Assembly (NCBI GenBank): GCA_010909165.1
Contig: MU008158.1
Location: 1,451,478-1,515,477 of the forward strand
Length of the DNA stretch: 64,000 nucleotides
Source: Anthoceros angustus
Lineage: Eukaryota > Plantae > Anthocerotophyta
Direction: 5' to 3'
Below, piece by piece: positions 60,701 to 64,000 of the stretch (its first letter is position 1; every line of letters starts with the position of its first letter). The translations under genes and the position numbers were made by a program. The notes below the pieces were generated by a model, which was given only the letters and a program-made list of their open reading frames with translations, did not search any database and had not been told where the DNA came from.

Positions 60701-60900
60701 TATCGGAGAAAGTGGAGCAAGTCTTTTGTATGAGAATTCTAAAATGCATGGAAAATTGTGGTGGGTACAAGCGCACGTGGAAGACGATAGTACAAGGTGA
60801 GGCTCAAGACGAGGATAACATGAGTCAAGATGATGAGGATGCGGATATCATAGGTGAGGATGATGAAGACAATGATAGCGTGAGCGATAATGACCAATGA
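57796..60900 (+). pseudogene. CACTA TnpD transposase, heavily frameshifted
   Basis: WSDASLNSIL, FPLIPRL, RNIRLGLATDGINP, LLWAMHDYPG...ACPIC, GLKSHDHH, HLVREVELCGPTRYRWMYFLERHMKVLKG, DEPFVLVSEKVEQVF. Confidence 0.95.
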
Positions 60901-61634
60901 CATAGTAGAGTTGGAGTAATAGACTTGTTATGTGGAAAGGAGAAGGCGGGGAAGGGAGATGATAGAGGGATAAGGAGTGGGAGGCGATAGAGGATAAGGA
61001 GTGGAGAGGGGGAGGATAGATAGGTAATTGATAGGTTGAAAAATATTTTAAAGCTTTTCTTATAAGTATAAAAAGTATCCCAAGTCTTAAATATTTCACT
61101 TATTTAATTATAATTATGGTGAGTACAAGCGTCGTGGAAGACGATAGTACAACGTGAGGCTTCTAGTGGAAGACGCTAGTACAACGTGAGGCTTCTAGTC
61201 GGGGATAGCATGAGTGAGGATGATGAAGATGACGATAGTATGAGCGGATGATGACCAATGAGTTACATAGTAGAGTTGGAGTAATAGACATGTTATGCGG
61301 GGCAAGGAAGGGTACAATGCGAAAGAGGTAAAGAGGGGAGAGACGATGGGAGGATAGATAGATAGTTGATATAGGTTGGTGTTCAAAAATATTTTTAGTT
61401 TTTCTTAAAAACATGCTAGGTCACCGTTGGGTTGGGGTTCTACTCGATGCGTGATCCTTGCATGTCCAAATCATCAATGTTGCAAAGCGGTGATACCATG
61501 GTCCATTTCCCACGCGACGCTCTGGTCACCGACCTACATGCGCCTCCTCGTAATCGACTTTCGAATGCATCCAAGGCAACGGACTTGAACTCGGATGCAT
61601 ATTAATGCGACATGGGTACCGACATCCGAGATAG

Positions 61635-63990
61635 TTAGTGCGTAGGCTCTTGCCACCGCACGCGTCCTTCTTCAAATTGCACATCCTCCACCGTTGGACT
61701 TCCGTTGGGGTTCCGTTGGGAGGCAACGGGTTCGTGGTTTAAGGGTTTACGCCGCCCAACGATGATTGTTGCGATGACGTAGTTGCGCCAATTTCGATGA
61801 TCGACCTCTTCCTTCTTGGTAGCGTGATGGCCACTAGAATTGGGCCACAAATCAATCTCTTTTTCTTTGAGTGTGGTCGATCTTGGCCGTTTGCCTCGGC
61901 GAGTCCCGAAAGAGTAAAGAAGAAGACGTTGATGATTTCTCTGCAGCGGACACCTTTGTTCCAAATAGCCGCACTCAAGCGGGAGCCGTTTTGTATCGGG
62001 TTCCACCTTTCACGGCTTCTTGTGGCAGGGCGCCGGTGTACTGGGCCGCCTTTGGCTTGTCCTCTGGAAAACCGGCTGCAGAGCCTTCGGACCATTGTTG
62101 AGGACACATAGTAAACAAGGTGAGGACATAGCGTCACTTGCTTCACAAGATGGTTGTGATACAAGTCTCCCGTTTCGTCGCCATGCGAACAAGTGGCGCC
62201 ATCTGGCTTGGGGTTCCCGCCGATGTAGGGAAGTTGTCCCGCCTACTCAAATTGGCGCCTAAGTACTCGAGGAGTCGGTGCGAATCCTCCTTCCGTGTTT
62301 TGGAGAATAAGTCGACAAATTTTGGACACTCGGAAGGCTACGCCCACGGATCATCTTATGGAGGAGGAATGGGAGCACCATGGATGTGGTCTTGGCGAGT
62401 GGGGATAATCGCTGTTTCTTGATTCAAGAATCTCGGTTCTGGGTTCATCCATCATATGCTATGATGGACAGCTATTGAACGACGACCCCTCGTTACATGG
62501 ATCGTCTTAATTGGCAAGTGGGGATGACTTGATTTCAAAGAACCCTCGGTTTAGTCTTCACTATGATGGACAACTAGTGGTGATTCCCTAACCTTTCTTG
62601 TAGTCTTGCTTGCTTTGTCGTGATATGGTGACATGGAATGCCCTTATGGGTACAGCAAGGGCTCGGCTGCTGGAGAATGTAGTGGTGGGCACCTACACCG
62701 TGGACATGTATGCAAAATTTGGTGAACGAAAATGCCCGCCAAGTTTTTGGTTGAACGACCCATGAAAGAGGACGGCGCAAAATATGGTGAGCTGGAAGAT
62801 GCAAAAGACGCGCGCACTCACAAATTGTGGAAGGAACGCGATTGCACTCATAGATGGTGGTGCATGTCTCTTGCCTAAGGGTGTTGCCCGATTTTGCAAA
62901 TGGAATCGAATGTCATGCGCGAAGAGATCCTTCAATGGCACTGAATCATCGAGCAAAATTCTGCATTAAGAAGGCGATTGCAACATGCTCCACACACCAT
63001 CATTCACCGCATGTCAACAACCTCCTCCTTTCCAAGCTTGGGCAATAATCTTTGCCGACAGCTCTAAACGCGTTGGTGCGTAATCACGAGCACCTGGAAG
63101 AGAACTCAAGCTTGAAGTCTTCCGCTGCGTCTTCCACATCTCTCCATCTGTTGAAAATGCCATTCCCCAACCGCTCTTCCAAGATGGGAAGGATTCCTTG
63201 CCATGAACTTAGTGCGTAGGCTCTTGCGGCCGCCGTCCTTCTTCAAATTGCATCACATCACCGTTGGACTTGTTGGGTTCCGTTGGGAGGCAACGGGTTC
63301 GTGGTTTAAGGGTTTACGACGCCAACGCACCGATTGTTGCGATGACGAGTTCTGCGCCAATTTCGATGATCGACCTCTTCTTCTTGGTAGCGGTGATGGC
63401 CGCACTAGAATTGGGCCACAAATCAATCTCTTTTTCTTTGAGTGTGGTATCGATCTTGGCCGTTTGCCTCGGCGATAGTCCCGGAAAGAGTAAAGAAGAC
63501 ACGTTGATGATTTCTCTGGACACCCGCCTTTGTTCCGATGGCGGGAGCCGTTTTTGTATCGGGTTCCACCTTTCACGGCTTCTTGGCGCACGGCCGGTGT
63601 ACTCGGGGCCGCCTTTGGCTTGTCCTGGAAAACCGGCGCAGCCTTCACCATTGTTGAGGACACATAGTAAACAAGGTGAGGACATAGCCCTTGCTTCACA
63701 AGATGGTTGTGATACAAGTCTCCCGTTTTTACGCCATGCGAACAAGTGGCGCCATCTGGCTTGGGGTTCCCCGATGTAGGGAAGTTGTCCTACTCAAATT
63801 GGCTAAGTACCTCGAGAGGAGTCGGTGCGAATCCTCCTTCCAGTTTTGGAGAATAAGGCAAATTTTGGACACTCTGGAGAGTCAGACGACGCCTCGTCAC
63901 CGGATCATCTTATGGAGGAGGAATGGGAGCACCATGGATGTGGTCTTGGCGAGTGGGGATAAGCTGCTTGATTAAAGAATCTCGGTTCTG
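61635..63990. repeat. ~800-bp direct duplication (61635-62440 and 63208-63990)
   Basis: ttagtgcgtaggctcttgc... through ...aagaatctcggttctg present in both. Confidence 0.9.
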
Positions 63991-64000
63991 TCTCTGGTTA

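Larger units (their letters stand above)
55435..64000 (+). mobile_element. CACTA element 2 with SET ORF and TnpD; runs off the window
   Basis: Possible terminus CACTAC at 55435 (non-canonical continuation). Duplicated subterminal block 55555-55710 / 55880-56080, a GA-rich leader, SET and TnpD. Duplications at 60765-61400 and 61635-62440 / 63208-63990. Confidence 0.8.

Overview
Eukaryotic land-plant DNA, most likely a fern or other non-flowering plant. This is inferred from PLS-type PPR remnants, a ginkbilobin-2-like gene and the TE families; no database check was possible. About 12-24 kb holds a small island of genes with intronless CDSs and signal-peptide-like N-termini: a root-cap/LEA-type GDPH protein, a Gnk2/DUF26 antifungal-like protein, and two tandem paralogs of an unrecognised beta-trefoil-like protein. 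The rest is a nest of Ty1/copia elements, CACTA (En/Spm) transposons, PPR pseudogene fragments and tandem repeats, plus an intronless COP1 fragment and an apparent ~6-7 kb inversion that splits a copia element. The strongest candidate for an undescribed system is in two diverged CACTA copies (29.5-32.6 kb and 56.7-60.9 kb). Both carry a SET-domain (lysine methyltransferase-like) ORF directly upstream of, and co-oriented with, the TnpD transposase. Secondary findings are copia elements with two small extra ORFs between PBS and gag, a lectin-like gene pair whose coding domain has diverged more than its flanks, and a 2.2-kb foldback next to one of those genes. Many TE ORFs have single-base frameshifts that may be assembly errors. 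All alignments and identities were estimated by eye.
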